IMG/VR virus record: IMGVR_UViG_3300011116_001227
DNA length: 64,000 bases
Strand: one strand, 5' to 3'
From: a virus
Lineage: Duplodnaviria; Caudoviricetes
The notes under the pieces were generated by a model that ran no database searches, was not told the origin of the DNA, and saw nothing but the letters and a program-made list of their open reading frames with translations. Of the stretch, positions 19,294 to 27,769 are shown one piece after another (position 1 is the first letter of the stretch; each line of letters starts with the position of its first letter). The translations under genes and the position numbers were made by a program.

Positions 19294-20261
19294 AGAAAAA
19301 AGTTCTAATTACAGGTGGACTAGGATTTATAGGAATTCACTGTGTTCAGAAGTGGAAATCTGAAGGATGGGAAATTCATATTATTGATAATCTTTCTTCA
19401 AATGCTATTTCACCTAATCATGATTTTGTTATTGAAGAAAATCTATTAATAAAAAATATTCTTGATGTAGACTGGAAAGATCTTCCTAAATTTGATCTAA
19501 TTGTTCATCTTGCATCACCTGTAGGTCCTGTTGGTGTGCTTAAGCACGCAGGTAACATGGCTAAGATTATTCTTGAAGATATTTATTGGGCAATTACAGG
19601 TGCTAAGAAGAATAATTGTCCTCTTATATTCATTTCAACTTCAGAAATTTATGGTCATAGAGAAGAAAAAAGTTATCTTGAAGAATCAAGTGATAAAGTT
19701 CTTCATGGAGATTTTACTGTTAGAAATGAATATGCTATTGCAAAACTTTTGTCGGAAATTGTCTTGACTAATCACGGAAAGATTAGTAATGAATTTAAAT
19801 ATCAAATCGTAAGACCTTTCAATGTGACAGGAGAATATCAATTACCAGATGGTGGTTTTGTTTTACCTAGATTTGTAAGTCAAGCATTGAACTGTGAAGA
19901 TATTACTGTTTATTATGATGGAAAACAATTGAGAGCATTCACATGGGTAAAAGACATAGTTGATGGAATATTCTTAACTTCTATTGCACAACAAGATTTA
20001 TGGAATCAAGAGTGGAATATTGGAAACAAGAATAATGAAAGAACTATTCTTTATCTTGCAGAAAAAGTAAAAGAGTTGACAAAGTCATCATCTAAAATTT
20101 CTCATGTAGATCCTACTGATTTGCATGGTCCTCTTTTTGCAGAAGCACCTGAAAAAATTCCTAATAGCGATAAGATTGAAAGACTTCTTAACTGGCAACC
20201 CACAAAAGGTGTAGACGAAGTAATTCAAGAAGTTGTAGATTTCTACAGGAGAAAAAATTGA
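19290..20261 (+). CDS. NAD-dependent epimerase/dehydratase, UDP-glucuronate decarboxylase (Uxs)-like
   Basis: ITGGLGFIG, HLASPVGP, STSEIYG, YxxxK (YAIAK), RPFN, QALxxEDITVY.DGKQLRAF. Confidence 0.85.
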   Translation: MKKKVLITGGLGFIGIHCVQKWKSEGWEIHIIDNLSSNAISPNHDFVIEENLLIKNILDVDWKDLPKFDLIVHLASPVGPVGVLKHAGNMAKIILEDIYWAITGAKKNNCPLIFISTSEIYGHREEKSYLEESSDKVLHGDFTVRNEYAIAKLLSEIVLTNHGKISNEFKYQIVRPFNVTGEYQLPDGGFVLPRFVSQALNCEDITVYYDGKQLRAFTWVKDIVDGIFLTSIAQQDLWNQEWNIGNKNNERTILYLAEKVKELTKSSSKISHVDPTDLHGPLFAEAPEKIPNSDKIERLLNWQPTKGVDEVIQEVVDFYRRKN

Positions 20262-21238
20262 AGATTGCATTCCACTCATACCAGCTTGGTGAGAGAGGCA
20301 CAGAGATTTGTCTCTACAAGTATGCAAAGTATAATCAAGAAATTCTGGGAAATGAGTCTGTAATAATCTCAACTTCTTCAAGGCCTACGCCCACGTTGTC
20401 AAGATTTTCTACAGAGTTTAAAACAATTCTTTATCCAGATGTATGGATAAACGATGGCAAAAATGACTCATTAAGATCAACTTTAGAAAGTATAGTTGAT
20501 CGAGAAAAAGTAGATGCATTCTATGCAATTAAGGGTGGAGAAGATGATGGATTTATGCCTAAAAATTGCAAAAGACTTGCGCATGCAATCTTTAGAATGG
20601 ATCAACCTCATGGAGATGTTTACGCAGGTGTTTGTAAGTATATTTCTGACAAATATGGAGGAATTCACCCATATGTTTACCATATCATCGATGCACCTGA
20701 CGTCAATGAAAATTTAAGAGAAAAATTAGGAATTCCTAAAGACGCTTTTGTTTTTGGTCGTCATGGAGGAAAAGATACATTTAGCATACAATTTGTAAAA
20801 GAAGTTATCAGTTATGTTTTAAGCGTTAGAAATGATGCTTATTTTTTGTTTTTAAATACAGATAGATTCATAGATCATGAAAGAGTAATTTACTTACCTG
20901 CAATTCTTGAAGAAGTAGAAAAAAATAAATTCATTAATACTTGCGATGCAATGATTCATGCAAGATTAGATGGTGAAATTTTTAGTTTGTCTACTGCAGA
21001 ATTTTCAATAAAAAATAAACCAGTAATTACTTGGGATGGCTATCTTGATTGTTATGACAGAGGACATATTGAAATTTTAAGAGAAAAAGGAATATATTTC
21101 AAGACTCCTCAAGACCTATTTCAAATTTTAATTAATATAGATCATAATTTTGTTAAAAACAACAATTGGGATGCGTATAAAGACACATTTTGTGCAAAAA
21201 ATGTAATGAATCAATTTAATAAAGTGTTTTTAACTTAA
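20258..21238 (+). CDS. GT-B fold glycosyltransferase
   Basis: GERGTE N-terminal motif; CDAMIHARLDGEIFSLSTAEFS...KPVITW. Confidence 0.8.
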   Translation: MKIAFHSYQLGERGTEICLYKYAKYNQEILGNESVIISTSSRPTPTLSRFSTEFKTILYPDVWINDGKNDSLRSTLESIVDREKVDAFYAIKGGEDDGFMPKNCKRLAHAIFRMDQPHGDVYAGVCKYISDKYGGIHPYVYHIIDAPDVNENLREKLGIPKDAFVFGRHGGKDTFSIQFVKEVISYVLSVRNDAYFLFLNTDRFIDHERVIYLPAILEEVEKNKFINTCDAMIHARLDGEIFSLSTAEFSIKNKPVITWDGYLDCYDRGHIEILREKGIYFKTPQDLFQILINIDHNFVKNNNWDAYKDTFCAKNVMNQFNKVFLT

Positions 21239-21247
21239 ACAGCTAAA

Positions 21248-22207
21248 ATGATAATTTCAAGATGCCCAGTAAGAGTTTCTTTAGCCGGTGGATCAACTGA
21301 TCTAGATTTATTTTTGCAGAAGTACGGCAAAGGAACAGTTATTAGTTTTTCTGCAAACATTTACAATTATATCACTCTTAAATCTGACAGAATGGGTCTT
21401 AATGGATTAGAGAAAAAATATGTAATTGATTACATGAAAAGAGAAGTGACTGATTCTATTGAAGACATTAAAAACGATGTAGCAAGAATTGCATTAAGAC
21501 ATTTTAATGTTGATCCTACGACTGTTTGGTTTACAAGCGACATATATGCATCAGGTTCAGGATTAGCATCATCGACATCTTATCTAATTGCTTTAATTAA
21601 TGCAATTCAAACATCACTTAATTTAAACATGACAAGGAGAGAATTGTGTCAAATCTCTCATATGCTTGAAAAACAATTCAATCCTTTGACTGGTTACCAA
21701 GATCCTTATAGTTGTGGCACTGGTGGTTTTAATAGATTTGACTTTAGTAATAATGGAATAGTCAGAATAGAAAACCTTAATACAGATATTTTTGATAATT
21801 TTGATGCATATCTGGTGCACACGGGCCAAGCAAGAAGTTCAACTGATGTTTTAAAAACAATAGATCCTGATAAGTGTCTAAAGTTATTAGACACAGCTGA
21901 ACAAATGCATCGGTGTATTTTAAGCAATGATTCTAAAGGTGTTCTCGAGCTGATCAAAGAAGGCTGGCTAATTAAAAAGTCTACTGGCAAAATTGCCGAA
22001 GATAAACGCGTTATTGATCTTGATGACATATTAGAGAACGATAAATCTATTTTAGCGCACAGGCTTTTAGGCGCAGGAAACGGTGGATATTTTTTAGCAT
22101 TTGCCAATAAAAATTCAAAAATTGACGACTTGCAAGATAAAACAGGACATCAAATGGTTAAGATAGACATTTGTCATGCAGGACCAACTTGCATGCAGGT
22201 AAGGTGA
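21248..22207 (+). CDS. GHMP-family sugar kinase (HddA-like heptose-7-phosphate kinase)
   Basis: CPVRVSLAGGSTD, SGSGLASS, GYQD, LLGAGNGGY. Confidence 0.85.
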   Translation: MIISRCPVRVSLAGGSTDLDLFLQKYGKGTVISFSANIYNYITLKSDRMGLNGLEKKYVIDYMKREVTDSIEDIKNDVARIALRHFNVDPTTVWFTSDIYASGSGLASSTSYLIALINAIQTSLNLNMTRRELCQISHMLEKQFNPLTGYQDPYSCGTGGFNRFDFSNNGIVRIENLNTDIFDNFDAYLVHTGQARSSTDVLKTIDPDKCLKLLDTAEQMHRCILSNDSKGVLELIKEGWLIKKSTGKIAEDKRVIDLDDILENDKSILAHRLLGAGNGGYFLAFANKNSKIDDLQDKTGHQMVKIDICHAGPTCMQVR

Positions 22208-22208
22208 T

Positions 22209-22706
22209 ATGAATATTGTTGATGTCATTGAAGCATGCAGTAAATTAGATCACAATAAACTCAATAATCTATGTGATCTTATTAAATCAAAATCAACCAT
22301 AATAATCTTGGGCAACGGAGGCAGCAATGCAATTGCAAGTCACATCTCACAAGATTACACTAAGAAATTAAAAAAAAGATCTTTTACTTTTTCAGACCCT
22401 TCCAGACTAACTTGCTATATTAATGACTATGGCATGGAAGAAGCTAATCGTCAATTTTTAAGAGAATTTTCAGATTCAGATTCTTTAGTCATATTAATTT
22501 CTTCATCAGGAAATTCAGTTAATATTTTAAATTGTGCAGATTACTGTGTAGAAAAGTCTATTGATTTTGTTATACTCACGGGATTTGATCAAAACAACAA
22601 ACTAAGAAATTATTCTTCTTTAGCAAAAGAAGAATTTTGGATTGATTCAAAAGACTATGGTGTTGTAGAATGTGTTCATCAACTAATTCTACACGTGCCT
22701 GCATGA
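22209..22706 (+). CDS. gmhA: SIS-domain phosphoheptose isomerase
   Basis: GNGGSNAIASH, ISSSGNSVNI, YGVVECVH. Confidence 0.85.
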   Translation: MNIVDVIEACSKLDHNKLNNLCDLIKSKSTIIILGNGGSNAIASHISQDYTKKLKKRSFTFSDPSRLTCYINDYGMEEANRQFLREFSDSDSLVILISSSGNSVNILNCADYCVEKSIDFVILTGFDQNNKLRNYSSLAKEEFWIDSKDYGVVECVHQLILHVPA

Positions 22707-23032
22707 TCTATTGTTTTGATATAGACGGAACAATTTGTTCTTCAGTAAAAAATAGCGATTATCAAAAGGCCGAGCCTTTTAAAGATGTAATTGATGAAAT
22801 TAATCATCTTTATGAAAGCGGTCATAAGATTATTTTTATGACTGCAAGAGGATCAGTGTCAGGAAAAGACTGGACAGAACTAACTAAATCACAGCTAAAA
22901 AAATGGAATGTCCAGTACCACGAGCTAATCATGAATAAAAAACCGCATGCTGATTTATTCATTGATGACAAAGCTAAGAATATTGTAGATTGGAGACGGG
23001 AAATACATGAAAAAAAGAGTTCTAATTATTGA
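22703..23032 (+). CDS. HAD-superfamily phosphatase (capsule-biosynthesis phosphatase type)
   Basis: Start moved to the ATG at 22703 (ATGA overlap): MIYCFDIDGTIC, MTARG, KPHADLFIDDK. Confidence 0.85.
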   Translation: MIYCFDIDGTICSSVKNSDYQKAEPFKDVIDEINHLYESGHKIIFMTARGSVSGKDWTELTKSQLKKWNVQYHELIMNKKPHADLFIDDKAKNIVDWRREIHEKKSSNY

Positions 23033-24050
23033 TCCTCAGAAACATTTTCCTCTTGCGGTCAAAATGTTCGATAATGCTGATTATTTTTCTCCAAGAATAG
23101 ATCTTAGCAAGATTCCTACAATACAACCTGTAATGACACATGCCCGTGCAGAAGAATTGTATGGCGTAAAAATTCTTGAAGAAGAAGATGTCACAGGTGA
23201 ATATGACTTAGCTGTCATTGTATGGGCTATCAATTCTCTAGGTGACTGGTTAGATGCAAGAATTCAATGTATGGTTCCAACTACAGTTTCTAACCTAACA
23301 GATCTTGAAGAAAGACAAGAATTATTTCACAGCATCTACAAGTTAATAAAAAAAGTTCAGCCAAAAAAAGTTGTATTTTTTGATGGTAATGATTCTCCTC
23401 TTGTAGGCAAAGGCCTAAAGTGGCTTGATGACAACGATTATCAATGTGATGCTGTTTTTAAAAGAGAATATAGAAGAACTTATGCTTACGACTACGACAA
23501 TAGAATTCATCCATTTCCTTTTCTAGGCGGCAGTCGTGCAGATCCTTGGTTCCTCTTTGAAAAGAGGGTCAAAGGAAACGAAGGAATTATGGGATGTTTT
23601 TGGTCGGGTGCTCCGATACATAGATTTCAACCTGAAAGACCTGATGAGTGGTGTAATCGTAGAGACTTTTTGGCAGAAGTCCAAAACTTTTTGGTAATAA
23701 AGTCAGGTTTGCCGCAGGCTGAATTCTTAAATCAATTCAATCAATATAAATTTTTTCTTCATCTGAACGGTACGGGCCATCTTTGCGGAAGATTTTTTGA
23801 AGGTTTATCTAGAGACTCTTTAATGATCATGCAAGAGATGGATGTAGTTTTTCCTTTTGACAAAGGAGAGAATTTTCATAAAAAATGTGTCGTTAAAACA
23901 CCAAGAGAATTTATTGAAAATTTAATAGAATTAGCAAATAATCCTAAGCTCTATGATGAATGCAAGAATATTCAAGAACTCATTGTAGAAAAATATTACA
24001 ATTACGAATGGATTAAAAATTACGTTTTTGAGAAATCTAATGCTTTATGA
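23007..24050 (+). CDS. Putative glycosyltransferase-like protein
   Basis: YKFFLHLNGTGHLCGRFFEGL resembles GT-B/GT90-type C-termini; cluster context. Confidence 0.55.
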   Translation: MKKRVLIIDPQKHFPLAVKMFDNADYFSPRIDLSKIPTIQPVMTHARAEELYGVKILEEEDVTGEYDLAVIVWAINSLGDWLDARIQCMVPTTVSNLTDLEERQELFHSIYKLIKKVQPKKVVFFDGNDSPLVGKGLKWLDDNDYQCDAVFKREYRRTYAYDYDNRIHPFPFLGGSRADPWFLFEKRVKGNEGIMGCFWSGAPIHRFQPERPDEWCNRRDFLAEVQNFLVIKSGLPQAEFLNQFNQYKFFLHLNGTGHLCGRFFEGLSRDSLMIMQEMDVVFPFDKGENFHKKCVVKTPREFIENLIELANNPKLYDECKNIQELIVEKYYNYEWIKNYVFEKSNAL

Positions 24051-25146
24051 TTATGTGATAGTTGGGTCAGGCCTCTTTGGCGCAATATTCGCTAGAGAAA
24101 TGACAGATTCGGGAAAGAAATGTCTTGTCATTGACAAACGTGATCACTCAGGCGGTAATGTTCATTCAGAACAAATTGAAGGAATTCACGTAAGCAAATA
24201 TGGCGGTCACATATTTCATACGAATGATGAAAGAATCTGGAACTATATAAATAGATTTGCAAAATTTGATTCCTATCACCACCGCCTTCGCGTGCATTAC
24301 AAAGAAAAGCTTTATTCTTTTCCCATAAACTTAATGACATGTTACCAGTTGTGGGGGTGTCGTACGCCAGAGGAAGTTGAACTTCAACTCAATAAGGTAA
24401 AAATTCCCATAGATAATCCAAAAAATCTAGAAGAATGGGCATTATCACAAGTAGGACAAGAGATTTATGAAACATTTGTCAAAGGCTACACACAAAAACA
24501 GTGGAACTTAGATCCTAAGAATTTACCAGCTTCTATAATAAAGAGAATACCGATTAGAACAAATTACGATGATTGTTATTTCTCTGACAAATTTCAAGGA
24601 TGGCCATCTAATGGTTATTCAGAAATATTTGATAATTTGCTTAAAGGAATACGTGTAGAATTATCAACTGATTTTTTTAAAGATCGCTCTTACTTCGAGA
24701 AGATTGGAAAGAAAATAGTCTACACAGGAAAAATTGATGAATATTTTGATTATCTACACGGAGATTTGTCTTATCGATCACTTAGATTTGAAAATAAGAT
24801 TTTAGATCAGACTGATTTTCTTGGATGTGCCACTGTGAATTACACAGAATTAGAAGTTCCTTACACAAGAATTATTGAACACAAGCATTTTCAGCCTCAC
24901 AGAGTTAGTTTAATACAAAAAACTCTTGTTACTTACGAATATCCTGACGACTGGAATAGAAGCAAGGTCCCTTATTATCCTGTCAACAATGACGTTAATA
25001 ATGAGATTTATAGAAATTATCAAGAAGAAACTTTAAAATTGGAAAATGTAATTTTTGGTGGAAGGTTAGCTGAGTACAGATACTATGATATGCATCAGGT
25101 TGTTGGATCAGCATTAAGCAAATCATTAAAAGAATTAAGCAAATGA
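24040..25146 (+). CDS. glf: UDP-galactopyranose mutase
   Basis: Likely start ATG 24040: YDYVIVGSGLFG, GGHIFHT, YTGKID, YRSLRFE, PYYP, GGRLAEYRYYDM. Confidence 0.95.
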   Translation: MLYDYVIVGSGLFGAIFAREMTDSGKKCLVIDKRDHSGGNVHSEQIEGIHVSKYGGHIFHTNDERIWNYINRFAKFDSYHHRLRVHYKEKLYSFPINLMTCYQLWGCRTPEEVELQLNKVKIPIDNPKNLEEWALSQVGQEIYETFVKGYTQKQWNLDPKNLPASIIKRIPIRTNYDDCYFSDKFQGWPSNGYSEIFDNLLKGIRVELSTDFFKDRSYFEKIGKKIVYTGKIDEYFDYLHGDLSYRSLRFENKILDQTDFLGCATVNYTELEVPYTRIIEHKHFQPHRVSLIQKTLVTYEYPDDWNRSKVPYYPVNNDVNNEIYRNYQEETLKLENVIFGGRLAEYRYYDMHQVVGSALSKSLKELSK

Positions 25147-25562
25147 AAAAAGGACTTATAGCAGGATCCTTTGATTTGATCCACCCAGGCTACGTTAGAA
25201 TGTTTAAAGAATCTAAAAAGATATGTGAATATCTCATCATAGCACTTCAAGATGATCCAACAATTGAAAGATCTTCTAAGTGTAAGCCTGTTCATACGCT
25301 AGAAGAAAGAAAAGAAATTTTAAGTGCTTTAAAGCACGTTGATGATGTTGTAACATACACCTCTGAAAATGAGTTATATGAACTTCTTAAAAATCTAGAG
25401 TATGATGTACGAATACTGGGCATCGAATACAAAGAAAAAAATTATACAGGAAAAGATTTAAACAAACCAGTTTATTGGTTAGACAGACCTCACGCTTATT
25501 CAACTACTAGTTTAAAAGAAAAAATTTATAAAGAGCGATCGGAGTTTAAAAAGAAATTATGA
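25143..25562 (+). CDS. Cytidylyltransferase-family nucleotidyltransferase (TagD/HldE C-domain-like)
   Basis: GSFDLIHPGY (HxGH-like), ER.EIL.ALK.VD.V, YSTTSL. Confidence 0.88.
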   Translation: MKKGLIAGSFDLIHPGYVRMFKESKKICEYLIIALQDDPTIERSSKCKPVHTLEERKEILSALKHVDDVVTYTSENELYELLKNLEYDVRILGIEYKEKNYTGKDLNKPVYWLDRPHAYSTTSLKEKIYKERSEFKKKL

Positions 25563-26500
25563 AAAGATCAATTGCAGTCATCGGACAAGGATTTGTGGGA
25601 GGTTCTCTTACAACTGTCTTTTCAGAGCGTGGGTTTGATGTCTATGCGTATGATAAGGCAGGAAAGTATGCAAAGGGAGCATTGCCAAGTCATGGAGAAC
25701 CTGTTGCTGGTTACCCAAATTCTATTGCAGAATTAATTCAAGATAATGAGGATGGTGGAACACCGGGATTTTCCAACGTTTATTTCGTGTGTCTTCCTAC
25801 ACCAATGTATGAAGATGGTTCAGCTGATCTAAGCATTGTTGAAGGCGCATTGAGAGAATTAGCAGCTGTACCTGGTCAAAGAATTGCGGTAATTAAGTCG
25901 ACTATACCCCCAGGATCTACAGAAAAATGGAATGAAATGTTCAAGGAAACAGGTCTAAAAGTAGTCTTCAACCCAGAGTTCTTGACAGAAAGAACAGCAT
26001 TAGACGATATGCGCAACCAAGATAGAATTATTCTTGGTGGACCACGACCTTGGATTAATACGGTCAAACAAATTTTTAGAACAGCATTTTCAAATACAAA
26101 AATAATAAAGACATCATCTACTACTGCTGAAATGGTCAAATATTTGACAAATAATTTTTTAACAGTCAAGGTTGCATTTGCTAACGAAATGCATCAGATT
26201 TGCGAGGCTTTAGACAAAGAAGGCCTCAATGTTGATTACGATAAAGTAATTGAATATGCTTCGCATGACATTAGACTAGGCCCTAGTCACTGGAATGTGC
26301 CTGGACCGGATGGTCGTTTTGGCTTTGGCGGAAGTTGCTTTCCTAAAGACATTAATGCCATGATGTGCGTTTCAAAAGGATTAAATGTAAATTCAACAAT
26401 TCTTAAAGCTGCCTGGGACAAAAATCTTGAAGTAAGACCAGAGCGTGACTGGGAACAACTTCTTGGAAGAGCAGTTTCTATTAAAAAACAAGATACTTGA
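25559..26500 (+). CDS. ugd: UDP-glucose/GDP-mannose dehydrogenase family, short form
   Basis: IGQGFVG, VCLPTP, KSTIPPG, FNPEFLTE, AEMVKY, GFGGSCFPKD; ends at 313 aa without the usual C-terminal domain. Confidence 0.88.
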   Translation: MKRSIAVIGQGFVGGSLTTVFSERGFDVYAYDKAGKYAKGALPSHGEPVAGYPNSIAELIQDNEDGGTPGFSNVYFVCLPTPMYEDGSADLSIVEGALRELAAVPGQRIAVIKSTIPPGSTEKWNEMFKETGLKVVFNPEFLTERTALDDMRNQDRIILGGPRPWINTVKQIFRTAFSNTKIIKTSSTTAEMVKYLTNNFLTVKVAFANEMHQICEALDKEGLNVDYDKVIEYASHDIRLGPSHWNVPGPDGRFGFGGSCFPKDINAMMCVSKGLNVNSTILKAAWDKNLEVRPERDWEQLLGRAVSIKKQDT

Positions 26501-26536
26501 ACTAATGGTTATATGAGGCTTACATTATGACACATA

Positions 26537-27355
26537 ATGCAAGATACAAAATTATCTTTTGAGTCTCTTCCCACGGGTAAGCCTCATGTTTCTTTTTCAG
26601 AAGTCAAACTCTGGAAAGAATGTTCCTATCGTCACAACTTAGTTCATATCAAAAAAATTGACCTGTCAAAACCCTCTCCTGTTTTAGACTTTGGTACTGC
26701 AGTTCATGCGTCTTGTGAACATTATCTTCTAACAAGAGAAATGAAGCCAGAAATTGCTTTTGAACACATGGAAAAAGCTTGGGCCAAGCATGCAGGAAAT
26801 CCAGATTTTAGCCCCGCTGCATTAGAAAAATCAAAGAAGGAAGTTGAAGCGATTCTTTCAGAAGTTCCAAAGTTTCTTGATGAAACATTCGAGGAATGGG
26901 AAGTTGTCGATGCAGAACATCAACTCTATGAAGCAGTAGAAAATCATCCTCATGCTTTTAAAGGCTTCATTGATGGTGTTATTAAATCAAAAGGAAAAAG
27001 AGGAGAAACATTGTACTGGATCCTCGACTGGAAAACTACTGCAAGAGGATGGATGAGAGAAAAAAGATCAGACGAAATGGTCAAATCTCAATTGGCTCTC
27101 TATAAGAACTTTTGGTGTAAAAAAAATCCTGATGTTCCTTTCAAAAATGTCCGCTGCGGATTCGTGCTCCTGAAGAAATCAGCCAAACTAGGAGATCATT
27201 GCGAGCTATTCTCTGTATCAATGGGAGATGTTCCCGTAAAAAGATCACTTAAAGTCGTTAGCAACATGTTAACTTCTGTAAAACGAGGAGTTGCATTAAA
27301 AAATCGGGATGCTTGTACGTGGTGCGAATATAAAGGCACCGAGCACTGCACTTAA
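26537..27355 (+). CDS. PD-(D/E)XK nuclease (Cas4/AddB-like)
   Basis: HVSFS...C, FGTAVH, GFIDG, ILDWKT, QLALY, C-terminal CTWCEYKGTEHC. Confidence 0.88.
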   Translation: MQDTKLSFESLPTGKPHVSFSEVKLWKECSYRHNLVHIKKIDLSKPSPVLDFGTAVHASCEHYLLTREMKPEIAFEHMEKAWAKHAGNPDFSPAALEKSKKEVEAILSEVPKFLDETFEEWEVVDAEHQLYEAVENHPHAFKGFIDGVIKSKGKRGETLYWILDWKTTARGWMREKRSDEMVKSQLALYKNFWCKKNPDVPFKNVRCGFVLLKKSAKLGDHCELFSVSMGDVPVKRSLKVVSNMLTSVKRGVALKNRDACTWCEYKGTEHCT

Positions 27356-27360
27356 AAGCT

Positions 27361-27769
27361 TTGAAAGATAAAGAATACTTTGGGGATATTGTGTCGTTTC
27401 AAAAAAGCTTCTTATAGAATTTAATGGCGATTATTGGCATTGTAATCCTCTAAAGTATGAATCAAGTTTTTTTATCAAGTTAAAAAATTAAAAGCTCATG
27501 AAATATGGGAAAATGATGCTAAAAGACTTGAAACAATTTCTGAATTAGGGTATAGAATACACATTATATGGGAGAGCGAATCCAAGAATGGATCTTGGGT
27601 TGATAAGCTCGATCGTTGGCTGGAGGAAAATGCAAAAGAAAACAATACTAATGCTATCAGACCATCCGTGAACGACTACAGCTCAGCGGATGTAAAATTG
27701 GGTGAATTGCTGGAAAGTCATGGAACTAACACCACAACGCAACTGGAAACGGTAGACGTGAAGGTTTGA
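27361..27769 (+). pseudogene. Frameshifted Vsr/DUF559-like (putative homing) endonuclease remnant
   Basis: Three frame fragments read LKDKEYFGDIVSFQK / KLLIEFNGDYWHCNPLKYESSF / YQVKKLKAHEIWENDAKRLETISELGYRIHIIWESE. The breaks fall at A6 (27401-27406) and T7 (27467-27473). EFNGDYWH and GYxxxxIWE are hallmark motifs. Confidence 0.8.

Noticed and set aside
27401-27473. Programmed -1 frameshifting as the explanation for the endonuclease breaks
   Set aside because: The T7 run is in slippery register but the A6G run is not. Two sequential shifts would be needed and no clear SD/start is present, so decay is more parsimonious; kept only as an alternative.
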